Shown here: in pieces, positions 1 to 13,880 of the stretch | How the letters are laid out: every line of letters starts with the position of its first letter | Numbering within the stretch: the stretch's first letter is position 1 | Assembly: GCF_035084215.1 (NCBI RefSeq) | Contig: NC_090340.1 | Coordinates: 3,410,001-3,474,000, forward strand | DNA length: 64,000 nt | Source of the DNA: Heptranchias perlo | Taxonomy: Eukaryota | Direction of reading: 5' to 3' | Made by a program: the position numbers and the translations under genes | Notes under the pieces: model-generated | Told to the model about the DNA's origin: nothing | What the model saw: the letters and a program-made list of their open reading frames with translations, nothing else | Database searches by the model: none

Positions 1-250
1 ACCACCTGCACGTTCCCCTCCAAGTCACACCCCATCCTGACTTGGAAATATATCGTCGTTCCTTCATGGTCGCTGGATCAAAATCCTGGAACTCCCTACC
101 GAACAGAACTGTAGGAGAATATTCACCACATGGATTGCAGCGGTACAAGAAGGCGGCTCACCACCACCTTCTCAAGGACAATTAGAGTTGGGCAATAAAT
201 GTTGGCCTTACCAGCGACGGCCACTTCCCATGAATGACTAATAAAAAAAA
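1..250 (+). mobile_element. LINE-A 3' end (ORF C-terminus, 3' UTR, A-rich tail)
   Basis: Same 3' sequence (..CACCACCTTCTCAAGG.CAATTAG..TGGGCAATAAAT..CC.ACATCCC..GAA..AAAAAA) as copies ending at ~9070, ~36645 and ~62040. Confidence 0.85.
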
Positions 251-251
251 G

Positions 252-3200
252 TCCCTCACTCCCCTTCAAACCCCCACTTCCCATCAATCCCTCAATCGCC
301 TTCAAATCCCTACTCTGCTTCAGTCCCTCACTGCACTTAATTTACTCACTGCCCAAGAGTCCCTCACTCCTCTTCAGTCCCTCACTCGTCTTCAATCCCT
401 CACTCCTCTTCAATCCCTCACTGCCCTTCAATCACTCACTGCCCTTCAATCCCTTCTTGATCATCAGTCTCTCACTCCCCTCCAATCTCTCACTCCAATT
501 TAATCCCTAACAACGTGTCAATTATATTTCCCCTTTATGTCCCTCGCTCACCTTCAATCCTTCCCTCGCCATCACAGTCTCAGTCCACTTCATTCCCTCA
601 TCCATCTACAATTTCTCACTCCCCTCCAATCCCTCCCCCCACTTCAATATCTAACTCCATTTCGAACCCTTGCTCTTCAATCCCTCCTTTCCTTCCAAAC
701 CATCACTCTCCAATCTTTATCTCCCCTTCAATTACTCACACCCCTTCAGTGCCTCACTACCCTTCAACCCTTCACTCTGCTTCAATCGCTCACTCCCTTT
801 TTATCTCATATCCTCTTTAGTCCCGCACTTCCCTTCAATTCCTCACTCCCTTTCAGTCACTCACTCACCTTCAATCCCTCACACCCCTTCAGTCCCTCAC
901 TCCCCATCAATCCCTCAATCCGTGTCAATCCCTCACTTACCTTCAATCCCTCACTCACATTAGTCCCTCACTCCCGTTCAATCCGTCAGTCCTATTCAAT
1001 CACTCAGTCCCCTTCATTCCCTCAATCACCTTCAATCACTCACTGCCCTTCAATCCCTCTCTCCTTTAATTCCTCACACACATTCACATCCTGACTCATA
1101 TTAGTGCCTCACTAGCCGTCAATACCTCACTCCGATTCAATCCCTCACTCCACTTAATTCCCTCACTCACCTTTAATCACTCACTTCCCTTCAGTCACTC
1201 ACTCTCCTTCAAGCCCTCGCTCTTTATTCTCTCACTCCCCTTCAAACCCACGCTTATCTCCCTCACTCCTCTTCAATCCCTCACCACTTCAGTCTCTCTT
1301 TCCTCTTCATTCTCTCTCGCCCTTCAATCCGTCAATCGCCTTCAATCCCATACTCTCGTTCGAACCCTCACTGCACTTCAATTCCTCAATCCCCTTGAGT
1401 CCCACACTCCTTTTCAATCGCTCAATACACTTCAGTCCCCCACTGCCCTTCAATCCCCCACTGCTCTCCAATCTCTCACATATGTTCAATCTCTCACTCC
1501 ACTCCAATCTCTCCCTCTACATCAATCCCTCACCCCTTCAATACCTCGCTCTTCAATCCCTCATTCCCCTCCACACCCTCACTCTGAAATATCCAACATC
1601 CATTCAACCCCTCTCTCCACTTAAATCCCTCACTCTCCTTCAGTCCTTCACACTCCTACATTGTCTCATACCACTTCAATCCCTCACTCCCCTTCACTTC
1701 CTCACTCCTCTTCAATCCCTCACTCCTCTTCAATCCCTCAATCCTCTTCAATCTCTCACTCCTCTTCAATCCCTCACTCCTCTTCAATCTCTCACTTCAC
1801 TTTAATCCATCGCTTTTCAATCCCTCATTCCCCTCCAAACGCTACCTCTTCAATCTTTATCTCCCCTTCAATTATTCATTCCCCGTCAATCTCTCACTCC
1901 TCTTCAATATCTCATTCCTCTTTAATGCCTCACTCCTCTTCTATCTCTCTTTCCACTTCAATCCCTCACTCTCCTTCAATTCCTCACTCTTCTTCAGCCC
2001 CCAATCCACTTCAATTCCTCACTCCATTTCAATCCCGCACTCCATTTCAGCCCTAACTCCCATTCAACCCGCACTCCCCTTCCACCTCTCATTCCCCTTC
2101 AATCAATCTCTCCCCTTCAATCCCTAACTCCTCTTCAGTCCTTCATTGCCCTTCAGTCCCTTATACTTCAATCCCTCACTCTCTTTCACCCCTCACTCCT
2201 CAATCGCTCACTCTCCTTCAATTCCTTATACCCCTTCAGTCCCTCAATTCTCTTCAAACCCCTCACTCCCTTTCAATCCCTAACTCCCTTCAATCACTCA
2301 TATCGCTTCAATCCCTTACTCCAAGATCCCTAATTCTCAATTAATCCCTCACTCCCCTTCAGTCTCTCGCTCCTCCTCAATCGTTCACTCACTTTGAATC
2401 CTTAACTCCCACTTCAACCCTTTACTCACCTTTACTCACTCTTCAAACTCTCACTCCCCTTTGCTCCCTCACTTTTACTTCTCTCACTCCATTTTAATCC
2501 CTCATTCCCTGTCACTCCCTTACTCCTCTTCAAACACTCATACATTTCGTCACACACGCCTCTTCAATCTCTCACTTGGCTTCAAACCCTCACTCGTCCT
2601 CAATCCCTCAAAAATCTTCATTCACGCACTTCCCTTTAGTACCTCACTCCCCTTCAATCCATCACTCTCCTTCAATCCCTTACTCCTCAATCGCACATTC
2701 TGCTCGAATCCTTCTCTCTTCAATCCCTAACTCTCCTTCAATCACTCACCATCAATCCCTCACTCCCTTTAGTACATTACTCCCCTTAAATCCCTAACTC
2801 CTCTTAGTTCCACACTCGCCTTCATACCTTCACTCCACTTGAGTCTCTCACTTCTCTTCAATCCCTCACTCCCTTTCATTCCTAAGTCCTCTTCAATCCC
2901 TCACTAACCTTCACACCTACACTAACTTCAAATCCCTCACTCCCCTTCAATCCTTCACTCCCCTTCAATCCCTCAGTGCCCTGTAATCCCTCACTTTCCT
3001 TCACCCCTCACTCTTCAATCCCTCACTCTCCTTCAGTCTGTCAAGTCTCTTCAAACCCATACTCAATTTCAATTCCTCACTCCCTTCAACCCCTCACTCG
3101 CGTTCAGCCCCTCATACACATTAAATCATGTACTCCCCTTCAGTTCCACACTCTCCTTCAATCCCTTATTCCAGTTCAATCCATCAATCCCCTTCAATCA

Positions 3201-6200
3201 CTTTCTCCCCTTCAGTCCCAAACTCTACTTCAAATCCTCAATCCGCTTCAATTCCTCACTCACCAGCAATCCCTCACTCCTCTTCAATCCCTCACTCCAC
3301 TTCAATCCCTCACTCCCCTTCAATCCCTCACTGCCCTTCAATCCCTCACTCCCCTTCAAATCCTCACTACACTTCAGTGCCTCATCAAACACTCACTCCC
3401 TTTCAATTCCTAACTACCCTTCAATCCATTATACTTCAATCCCTAACTCTTCAATCCCAAATTCTCCCTCACCCCTTACTCCTCAAGCCCTCACTCTCCT
3501 TCAATCTCTCGCTCCCCATCTCCTTCAACCTACGACTCCCCTTCAAACCCTCACTCGTCCTGAATACCTGACAAATCTTCAATCACTCACTTCCCTTTAT
3601 TACCTCACTCCCCTTCAACCCATCACTCCCCTTCCATTCCTCACATATCTTCAATCCCTAACTTTTCAATCCCTCAATCCCCTTCACTCCATCACTCCTC
3701 TGCACAGCCTCACTTCTTCAATCCCTCACGACACTTCAATTTCTCACCCCACCTTCAATTCCTCACTCGCCTTCAATCCCTCTCAAATCTTCAATCCATG
3801 ACTTCCGTTATTCACTCACTTACACCAGTCACTGAAAGCAAACATGCAGGTGCAGCAAGCAGTTAGGAAGGCAAATGGTATATTGGCCTTCATTGCAAGA
3901 GGATTTGAGTACGGAAGCAAGGATATCTTACTGCAGTTATACAGGGCCTTGGTGAGACCACACCTGGAGTATTGTGTGCAGTTTTGGTCTCCTTACCTAA
4001 GAAAGGATATACTTGCCATCGAGGGAATGCACCGAATGTTCACCAGACTGATTTGTGGGATGGCAGGACTGTCGAATAAGGAGAGATTGGGTCGAGTAGG
4101 CCTGTATTCACTAGAGTTGATAAAAATGAGTGGGGATCTCATTGAAACACATGAAATTCTGACAGGGCTAGACAGACTGGATGCAGGGAGCATGTTTCCC
4201 CTGGCTGGGGGGTGTAAAACGAAGGGTCACAGTGTCAGGATACGGGGTAGAAAGTTAGGACAGAGATGGGGAGAAATGTCTTCACTCAGAGGGTGGTGAA
4301 CTTGTGGCATCCTCTACCACAGAAGGCTGTGGAGGCCAAGTCACTGAATATATTTAAGAAGGAGATAGATAGATTTCTAGACACAGAAGGCATCAAGAGG
4401 TATGGGGGTGAGCGGGAATATGGTATTGAGATAGAGAATCAGCCATGATCATAATGAATGGCGGTGCAGGCTCGAAAGGCTGAATGGCCTCCTCCTGCTC
4501 ATATTTTCTATTATCCGATGTTTACAATCCCTCACACCCCTTCAGTTCCTCGCAATTCAATCCCTGAATCTCCTACAATCCCTCAGTCCACTTCAGTCCT
4601 TCACTCCCCTTCAATCCATCTTACATCTTCAAACTCTTAGTCCCTTTCACTGCCTCACTCCTCTCCAACCTATTGATCCCTTTCAATCACTCACTCCCCT
4701 TCAATCTCTCACTCCCCTTCATTCCCTCTCTTCCCTTCAATTCCTCACTGCCTTTCAAACACTCACATCCCTTCAATATTCACTCTTGAATCACTCACTC
4801 TCCTTCGCCCCCTCACTTCTCAATCCTCACTCTCATCCAACCTCTCACTCACTTTAAGTACCTCACTTCTTTTCAATCTCTCACTTCCTTTCAATCCCCA
4901 ACTCCCCTTCAGTCCCTCACTCCTCTTCAATCCCTCACTCCTCCAATCCCTCTCACCTCTTCAAACTCTAACTCCCCTTCAATCCCTCACTCGATTTCAA
5001 CCTCACATTCCCCTTCAGTTCCTCACTCTTCTTCAATCCCTCACTACTCTTCAATTACTCACTGCTCTTCAATCCCTTACTCCCCTTCAATCCCTTACTC
5101 CCCTTCAATCACTTACTCCCCTTCAATTCCTCACTCCCCTTCAATCCCTCATTTCTCGGCAATCTCTCACTTCAATTCAATCACTAACTGCCCTTCAATC
5201 CATCAAACACGTTCAATCACTTACTCCCATTCAGTACCTCATTCTCCTTCAATTCCCCACAAACTGCGACTCCATCTCTCCCTTTCAATCCCTAACTGCA
5301 GTTCAAAACCTCACTCTCCTTTAATGGCTCACTCACCTTCAGTCCCTTATTCTCCTTCCATTCCTCACACCACTTCAATCCCTCCCCATCAATCTCCCAC
5401 TCCCGTGAATACCTCACTCTCCTTCAATTCTTCACTCACCTTCAGTCCCTCACTCCACTGCAATCCCTCACTCCCTTTCAACACTCACTCTTCAGTCCCT
5501 CACTCTACTTCACTTCCTCACTCCACTTCAAGCCATCACTCACTTTCAATCCCTAACTCACCTTCAATCCCTCACTCTTCAGCCCCACACACCCCTTCAC
5601 TCCCTCGCTCCTTTCCAACCTCTGGTTCCCTTTTAATCAATCACTCCCCTTCAATCCCTCACTCCCCTTCAGTTTCTCTCATCTCTACAATACCTCACTG
5701 CCTTTCAAACCCTCTCTCCCCTTCAACACTCACTCTTCAATCCCTCACTTCTCCTCAATCCCTAATTCCTCAGTCACTCTCTCCTCTTCAATCTCGCACT
5801 CTGGTCCACCCCACAGTCCCATTCAGTTCATCAGTCCTCTTCAATCCCTCACTAACCTTCAATTATTCACAGCCCTTCAATCCCCTACACCCCTTCAATC
5901 CCTCACTCACCTTCAATCACTAACTCCCCTTCAGGTCACCAAACATCTTCAATCACTTACTCCCCTTCAGTACCTCATTCTCCCCCAATTCCTCATACAC
6001 CATTAGTCCATCACTCCCTATTAATCCACCACTCCCCATTAATCCCCCACTCCCCATTAATCCCCCACTCCCCTTCAACAGTCATTCTTCAATCGCACAC
6101 TCTGCTTCACTCTCTCACTCCTCCTAAATCCCTCACTCCAATTCAGTCCCTCATTCCTCTTCAATCCCTCAATCATTTTAAATCCCCAACTTCTCTTCAA

Positions 6201-7862
6201 TCCATCACTCGCTTTAATCCCTCACTTAACTTCAATTACTCACTCACTTTCAATTGTGAACTCCTCGTCAACATTCATTCTTCAATAACTCAATCATTTT
6301 CAATCCCGAATGCCCCTTCAATCCATCACTCTTCAAACCCTCAATCACCTTCACTTCCTCACTCCTCTCCAATCTGTGACTCCGTTTCAATTACTCACTC
6401 CCCTTTAATCCCTAACTCCCCTTCAATCAGTCACACCCCTACAGTCCGTCACTCCTCAATCCTTCACCACCTTCATTCCTTCACTCATCTTCAAACCCGC
6501 ACTCACTTTCAATCCCGCGCTCCACATCAATTCTTCCCTTCCCTTCAGTCCCTCACTCTCCTCCAATCCTTTAGTCCATTTTAACCCCTCACTCCCCTTC
6601 AACCTTCACTCACATTCATTCCTCACTCTACTTCAATCCATCACTCACTTTCAAACCCTAACTTCCCTCAATCCCTCACTCCCTTCAATCAGTCAGACCA
6701 CTACAGTCCCTCACTCCTCAATCCCTCACCACGTTCACTCCCTCAATACTCTTCAATCCCTCACTCACTTTCAATCCTTAACTCTCCTTCAATCCCTCAC
6801 TTTTTAATCCCTCAATCCCCTTCAATCCTTCCCTCCTCTCCATTCTTTGAATCCCTTTCAATCCCTCACTTCCCTTAAATCAATCAGTCCCCTCCAACCC
6901 CTCACTCTTCAATCCCTCACTCCCCTTCACAACCTCACTCCTCTCCAATCTCTGACTCCCTTTAAATCCTTCATTCCCCTTCAATCCCTCATCCCTTCAG
7001 TCCCTCACTGCTCTGCAACCCCCCCACTCCCTTTCTATCCTCACTCCACTTGAACCCTTACTCTTCAATCCCTCACTCTTCTTCAATCCATCACTCCACT
7101 TCAATCCCCCTCTTCTCTTCAATCCCTCACTCCCTTTCAATCACTCGCTCCTCTTCAATTCCTCACTCCTTCAGTCCCTCACTCCTCTTCAATCATCCAT
7201 TCCCCTTCACTTCCTCACTCACCTTCATTCTCTCACTCCTCTTCAATCCCTCACTCTTAAATCCCCAACACTCCTTCAATCATTCATTTCCCATAAATCC
7301 CTTGCTCCCCTTCAATTCCTCACTCCACTTCAAATATTCAATCCACTGCAGTTCCTCACTTCTCTCCATTCTCTTACTCCACTTTAATCCCTCACCCCTT
7401 AAATCCCTCACTCTCTACTCTCTCACAACTCAATCCCTCCCTCCCCTTCAATCCCTCACTCAACTTCACTCCATCACTCCTGATCAATTCTCACCACTTC
7501 CAGTCCTTCACTCCACTTCAATCCCTCACTCCTCTTCAATCCCTCACTCCACTTCAGTCCTACGCTCCTCATCAATCCCTCTCTCCCGTTCAAGCCCTAC
7601 CTTCCCTTAAATCAGTCACTCGTCACTCCCCAATATTCATTAAATCGATCATTGCCCATAAATTCCACGCTCCCCTTTAGTCATGAGCTCCACGTCAAAA
7701 CTTAACTCCGCTTCAGTCCCTCACTCCCGGGCAATCTCTCACTCATCTTCAAACGCTGACTCCCCTCCAATCCCTCACTCCAGTTGGGCCCCGCACACCG
7801 CTTCAACCCTTAGTCTCCTTCAGTGCCTCAATCCTCAATCCTTCACTTTCCTTCAATCCTTC
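252..7862 (+). repeat. Degenerate 18-bp tandem satellite (consensus CTTCAATCCCTCACTCCC), strongly C/T-rich on +
   Basis: Unit recurs throughout and generates the LQSLTP / SIPHSP / FNPSLP periodic ORFs; interrupted by a CR1 piece at ~3822-4522. Confidence 0.95.
3822..4522 (+). mobile_element. 5'-truncated CR1 LINE (ORF2 C-terminus + 3' UTR) inserted in the satellite
   Basis: KANGILAFIARG..LYRALVRPHLEYCVQFWSPYLRKD..GDLIET motifs; close to the 3' part of the CR1 at 31900-32550. Confidence 0.92.
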
Positions 7863-7865
7863 CTT

Positions 7866-9072
7866 ACCGCCCCATCAGCCTACTCTCAATCATCAGCAAA
7901 GTGATGAAAGGTGTCGTCGACAGTGCTATCAAGTGGCACTTACTCACTGGAGCTCAGTTTGCGTTCCGCCAGGACCACTCGGCTCCAGACCTCATCATAG
8001 CCTTCATCCACACATGGATAAAAGTGCTGAATTACAGAAGTGAGGTGAGAGTGACTGCACTTGACATCAAGGCAGCATTTGACCGAGTGTGGCAGCAAGG
8101 AGCCCTAGTAAAATTGAAGTCAATGTGAATCAGGGGGAAAACTCTCCAGTGGCTGGAATCAGACCTAGCACAAAGGAAGATGGTAGTGGTTGTTGGAGGT
8201 CAATCATCTCAGCCCCAGGACATGGCTGCAGGAGTTCCTCAGGGCAGTGTCCTAGGCCCAACCATCTTCGGTTGCTTCATCGATGACCTTCCGTCCATCA
8301 TAAGGTCAGAAATGGGGATGTTCGCTGATGATTGCACAGTGTTCAGTTCCATTCGCAACCCCTCAGATAATGAAGCAGTCCGTGCCCGCATGCAGCAAGA
8401 CCTGGACAACATCCAGGCTTGGGCTCATAAGTGGCAAGTAACATTCGCGCCAGACAAGTGCCAGGCAATGACCATCTCCAACGAGAGAGTCTAACCACCT
8501 CCCCTTGACATTCAACGGAGTTACCATCGCTGAATCCTCCACCATCCGCATCCTGGGGGTGACCATTGACCAGAAACTTAACTGGACCCGCCACATAAAT
8601 ATTGTGGCTCAAGGCCATCCAGGACAAAGCAGCCCGCTTGATTGGCACCCCATCCACCACCCTAAACATTCACTCCCTTCACCACCGGCGCACTGTGGCT
8701 GCAGTGTGCACCATCCACAGGATGCACTGCAGCAACTCGCCAAGGCTTCTTCGACAGCACCTCCCAAACCCGCGACCTCTACCACCTAGAAGGACAAGGG
8801 CAGCAGGCGCATGGGAACAACACCACCTGCACGTTCCCCTCCAAGTCACACACCATCCCGACTTGGAAATATATCGCCGTTCCTTCATTGTCGCTGGGTC
8901 AAAATCCTGGAACTCCCTTCCGAACAGCACTGTGGGAGAACCGTCACCACACGGATGCAACGGTTCAAGAAGGCGGCTCACCACCACCTTCTCGAGGGCA
9001 ATTAGGGATGGGCAATAAATGCCGGCCTTGCCAGCGACGCCCACATCCCGTGAACGAATTAAAAAAAAACAA
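7866..9072 (+). mobile_element. LINE-A fragment (RT domain to 3' tail) with an internal deletion near 8608
   Basis: [35 protein letters not shown]; stop at 8126-8128; the AGQRLGIL..KKLDT segment seen in other copies is missing; poly-A at 9061-9073. Confidence 0.92.
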
Positions 9073-9339
9073 ATCCCGAACTCCATTCTAGCTCCTAACT
9101 CTGCTTCAGATCTACCTGGATACGCGGATAGGTCAGATTGTATTGATTGCTTGTCAGTAATGTAATCTCTAGACAGTTGTATTATAACTAAAAAAGACTG
9201 TTGAATGTAATGTTGAGGACAGTTGTAGTGCAACTCTGTTGGATATCAGTCTATTGAACTTGCTATTTTATAACCACCCGGGCCGGAATCAAGCGGAGGT
9301 TATTGTTGATGGGTTAGCAACCCATAGTTGAGAGAGTAA

Positions 9340-10027
9340 CGGGAGAAAATCTGCTATCAACTGAGGATAGATCATTATTTTCACATCCCACACCATCTCA
9401 GGCCTCAGGACAGGTAGAGAGAGAAAATCATACCATCAAAACGATGTTTGAAAAGGTTGTTGAAGAGTCAGGAAAATGTTAGGATTTTAATGGTTTAAAT
9501 TATGACTAATTTTAATTAGGACTGAAAGGGAGTGTGGGATGGAAAGGGAGTGAGGCGTTGAAGAGTGAAGGATTGAACCCCTGATTTTAATGGTTATCCG
9601 TAGGAATATCGCCTCAAGCACGGGGGTAAAACCATCTGAAGCAATGACAGGTCGCCCAATGCGGCTACCAGAGCACCTTTTCAATACACCCATGACAGAA
9701 TTACAGAAGAAGGCAGCGACCACATAACAGTGGGTGCATGTAGGGGAAGTATACGGGCAGGGAGCAGGATCGAGTGGTCAGAATCAGAAGATGCAGCTGT
9801 ACTTTAATAAAGGCGCAGCGCCCGTAAAGCATAAAGTGGGCGATCGTGTGATGGTACAACAGACTTGCGAAAACAAATCTTTTCCCAAACCCATATGGGG
9901 AGGCCCCGGTTTACTGTACAGAAAGCGAGCTCCAGTTTATCGAGTGCGTTTAGACAATTGTAAGTCAGGCACTGATAAATGGCGCCGCGGTTTACAGCTG
10001 AAAGCATCTAAAGGTTCCGTGAACTAA
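9340..10027 (+). mobile_element. Retroviral-like integrase C-terminal remnant (ERV-1)
   Basis: FHIPHH/QASGQVERENHTIKTM (catalytic E region), STGVKPSEAMTGRPMRLPEHLF, KVGDRVMV..PIWGGP..VYRV (GPY/F-like); frameshifted. Confidence 0.8.
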
Positions 10028-10057
10028 ACTCATCAGGGGTTCTTGGAACCCGCGAAG

Positions 10058-12030
10058 GTTTTACTTTTGGTCTTTTCCAGGTATCTGTGGGGATACTGCT
10101 CGGCCTAATAACATCTGTATGTTATGGGCAAAGATGCTGAACACTATTCGGAATTAAAGGCATAAGTTTGGAGAGTCCCTGGTTTAATGCAACAAGTGGT
10201 AACCCACTGGTCCTAATTTTAGGATCGCTGGACAAACAATGCGATAGACCTGGATGTGCGGTTCTTCAGGAAAGGTTCGGAAGGTAAGTCTGAATGGAGC
10301 ATTGGATGGCAACTCATCGGTCTGTGGGAGTCCCGTATGTGGGCACAATGATGTGCGAGGGAAAGCTCGAATATCAGAATTGGGCACGAACTCTGATCTT
10401 TCCATTTCTCTGACAATGTCATGAAAGCAGACATTGGTGTCACAGCGACACTGCATTAACTTGTTGATCCTGTGGACTTAACCTGTAAGTTAAGGCTGAA
10501 GTAAATAAAGCTGTGAACTGGGAGACACGAGAAAAGCAGCAGGTTCAGTGACCCCACCTTCTTGAAGGAACGATAAACGGACTTGTACACATGAAGCTTT
10601 GTATAATGATTTACGATTTGAGACTGTTCCTGCTCTGTTAAATATTTTAGCTGTATCTTTGCCTTCCGCATTATGTAATTGAACGTATGAAGATTTTTAT
10701 CTTGCAATGTTAAAATAAATGGTACACAATTTTACTAAACGCTATTGTGGAAGAGATTTAGATGAACCATGGGCCACTTTCATGCCAGGTTAGGAAAAGA
10801 CTGAGGGTCCGAGAGTTAAGAGACGATTAGGAGAATGGCTAGTTACAGGAGCAGGTGGGGTTACAGCAGCATGGAACAGGGTTGATATTTGGGATATGGG
10901 AACACAACAAAACAATGCGTAATCAGTTGAAGGGGTGACTTCGTGGAATGAATGAGCAAGAGAGGGAAGTTATTACTGATGCAAAAGACTCCCTGATTTC
11001 AATAAAAGATCCAGCAGAAGGATTGGGACAGGTTACGAATAATGTTAACACGGCAATCATTAAGAACAATGAAGACTTTATAAGGAACAACTGATCTCAA
11101 TGCAATCACTTACAGCATGTATGTGCTGAACCTGATTCAAAAATGGTTGAACATACCAGAAAACAATCAGATCCCAAATATTATATTGGACAAACAATGA
11201 AAATTTGGAAATCAGACGGGAATATCGATTGGTGTAAGGAGCGAAGATTTGGATTGGTGGACTATGCCAGGAAGCCCTAAAAGCAAAGTGACATTACATG
11301 GTGACTGTGATAGTGGCAATGCCATTGATGTCTGTTGGTGAAATCCTGATGGAAGTCTTTAAGGTTGAGTCAATAGGCTTGTTGGATGATGATATACACA
11401 AGGAATTTGTGAAATATCTGAGCATATTAGTAAAGGGGATAAGAAGGGATCTGGAAAACACCAAACACTTCATGCAGTTCCAGGAAAAGTGGGGCCTGGT
11501 TGTGCAGACATGACGTTTTATAAAGTCCACTGTCAGCCTGTGGTTTCATCCCGGATGAAGAATCCCCTAATTGTACTATTCAAATCATTGAATGGAATTC
11601 GAAAAGGACCAACATCGTTTGTTGAGAGAAAGAGATTGTGTTACAGCCAATGAGAAGCACTACACAATCAGGGACACTTCAGGCCCAGCTTGGCAGTCGT
11701 CATTTTGCCTTACACCAAACATTATGGCTAAAATTGGGGACAAAGTATTGGTGCCTGTCGGAACCCACAATGTAACAGAAATTCAATTAAACATCATCCT
11801 CCAGGCAGAAGCTCAACAAGCAGTTGTAGGTTTTGGCCAACCATTTCTGCCCCTTTCCTTGAGCCTTAAATCTATATTACATTGCTAAATATAGATTTAA
11901 GATTCAATGGTAAATGTGCAACAGCAGAACGATAACATTGAACGGTCCATTTCCAACCTAGGTAATCATCCTTGGTGGGAGATAGTGTACAACGTGGGAC
12001 AACATCCAAGTGTAGTAAAATTCATCTGAT
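10058..12030 (+). pseudogene. Decayed env-like class I fusion glycoprotein of ERV-1 (lokiretrovirus/paramyxovirus-F-like layout)
   Basis: Hydrophobic N-terminus (SVGILLGLITSVCYG), furin-type RVKR at 10812-10823 followed by the fusion-peptide-like RLGEWLVTGAGGVTAAWNRVDI, heptad-like segment, Cys-containing region (CVTANE..FCLTPN), Trp-rich end (NHPWWE); several stops and frameshifts. Confidence 0.65.
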
Positions 12031-12253
12031 AAACGAAAGCCTGATATTAAATTGGCTTCAGCATGTCTGAAAGAAAAGGACTCTTAAAAGGTTGAAGGAC
12101 TGTTAAAAGTATTGTTAATTGACACATTATAAAAGACCACACAGCTGAGGATAGATCACCATAGCAACAAGAACGATCCAGGCCGGCTGAAGGTCGCTTG
12201 AACACCTGCATACTTAACTTGGTTTACGTTGTGGACACTGAGAGAAAAGAAAT

Positions 12254-12600
12254 TGTGTTAATCAATCGTGGGTTGTATTTAGAGGAACCTATTGTTGACA
12301 AACCACCGCCCCAGAGGTGTGGTTCTATGTTGGAAGGATCTTTTAGAGCTTGGCAGAAGTTAGAGTGAGGAGAGACACAGCTCCACCGTGACTGCTCCAA
12401 CCTCGCTGTTCGCTTCCTGGCGGCGCCACCTCACCTGGAATCTTCATGGCTGCTCACTACCTCATAGCTTCATGCCTCGATGCAGACTTACAGATTACCT
12501 GTGAAGCAGACAACAGCTTCAAGAGTGTGGTATGCTCCACTACAACGGTGTCCATCAAAATACTTGGAATCTTCCTGGCAAATTTGAGCCAACCATGATG
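12254..12600 (+). mobile_element. Possible 3' LTR of ERV-1
   Basis: Purine tract GAGAGAAAAGAAA followed by TG; no partner LTR in the window, so the end is uncertain. Confidence 0.25.
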
Positions 12601-12899
12601 ATATAATTTCCGTTATTGGCTTAATCTCAGATAGACATTTGATTTCCAAAAGGTTGTGCATTTTGGAAATTCAGAAGGTATTAATTTAATGTTGTTAAAG
12701 CAATTCTAAATTCAACATAAATCCAAGATGTTGTTTAAATTCTAATGTCAATTTTTCTAGTCTATTATAAATGATTGTTTTCTTTATAAAGCCATGGTTT
12801 GTGCCTGAAGTTCCTTAAGGAAAAAGAGCCCATTACATTAAATATAACATTAAACCTTGTGGAGATAAAAAGGCATTTCACCAAATTAAAGCGAAAAAT

Positions 12900-13880
12900 C
12901 ACATTGCACCTTTTTGGGCCGACAGAGTTTAAATTTTATATTTAACTTAACGGGGTCTTTTTCCTAAAGCTACTTCATGCACAAACAATGGTATTTGTAA
13001 AGAAAACAATCATTTATTATACCCTCGAAAAATTGTCATTCGAACTTAAACAACATTTTGGGCTTATGTTCGAAATCATCTCCATATTTACGTGGCATAC
13101 ACAGCATGAGGGGCAGACATGATCCCTATTTTAACTTTAATCCAACCTTCTCCATGTGGCTTTTGAGAATTCCCAACAATACTCTATCACATCCAGGTCA
13201 TAAGGAAGGATTCTAAGATTTATCTTTTGATCAATAGCCTTCAACAATTTATCAAACAAGCTCCGTGTAATTAAAATTACTTCTAAAGTTGAGTCCATTA
13301 AAGTCTCACAACTATATCTTTCATATAAATCAGTTTTTACATAATGCCTCTCGCCTTCCCAATAATCTTCCCAAGGAAAAACTTATGTTGCTTTAATCCT
13401 GTCAATTCTAAACCTTTATTTTGGTTAGCGTCCAATTACCTGGTTGGACTGAGTCTGATTTAAGAGGAACCTTTGAAATAGACTTTCCATCTTCTTTTCC
13501 AATATAGTTTCGAGATCTTGCTCATTGAAATTGTTATGCTGTCCTCTATATGGCTTTTTTTGTTAAATTTTGATCTTCTTTGCTGACTAGAACTCTGTCC
13601 ATATTGTTAATCTCCTCATCTGGTATAAATTTTGTTTCTCTATTATGAGTTCCCAGACTGCTCATATTGTTGAATTGACTGGAGAGCCTTGTTCTGTCCA
13701 TTGTCTGGCCCCCGTTTCCTATATATTGGAGGTTGAGTATTTAATTCTCCACCTTCCATTTCAAGGGAAGGCTGTATACTAATCTTACTCACTTTTACCC
13801 CATGTTCAAATGTTTCTTTTCTTACACCTCTTACTCTTGAGTATTATCATAAAGAAATTCAGCTTCTGAAATCATCCGTT
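12900..13880 (-). mobile_element. LTR retroelement gag C-terminus / aspartic protease remnant
   Basis: Minus strand reads PSLEMEGG.., a charged low-complexity stretch, then CETLMDSTLEVILITRSLFDKLL (degenerate LLDSGA..SLIS retropepsin motif, ~13250-13310). Confidence 0.5.

Noticed and set aside
234-7904. Many Ser/Pro/His/Leu-rich ORFs that look mucin- or extensin-like
   Set aside because: They are translations of the 18-bp satellite in all three frames, with frequent frameshifts and no splice or domain evidence.
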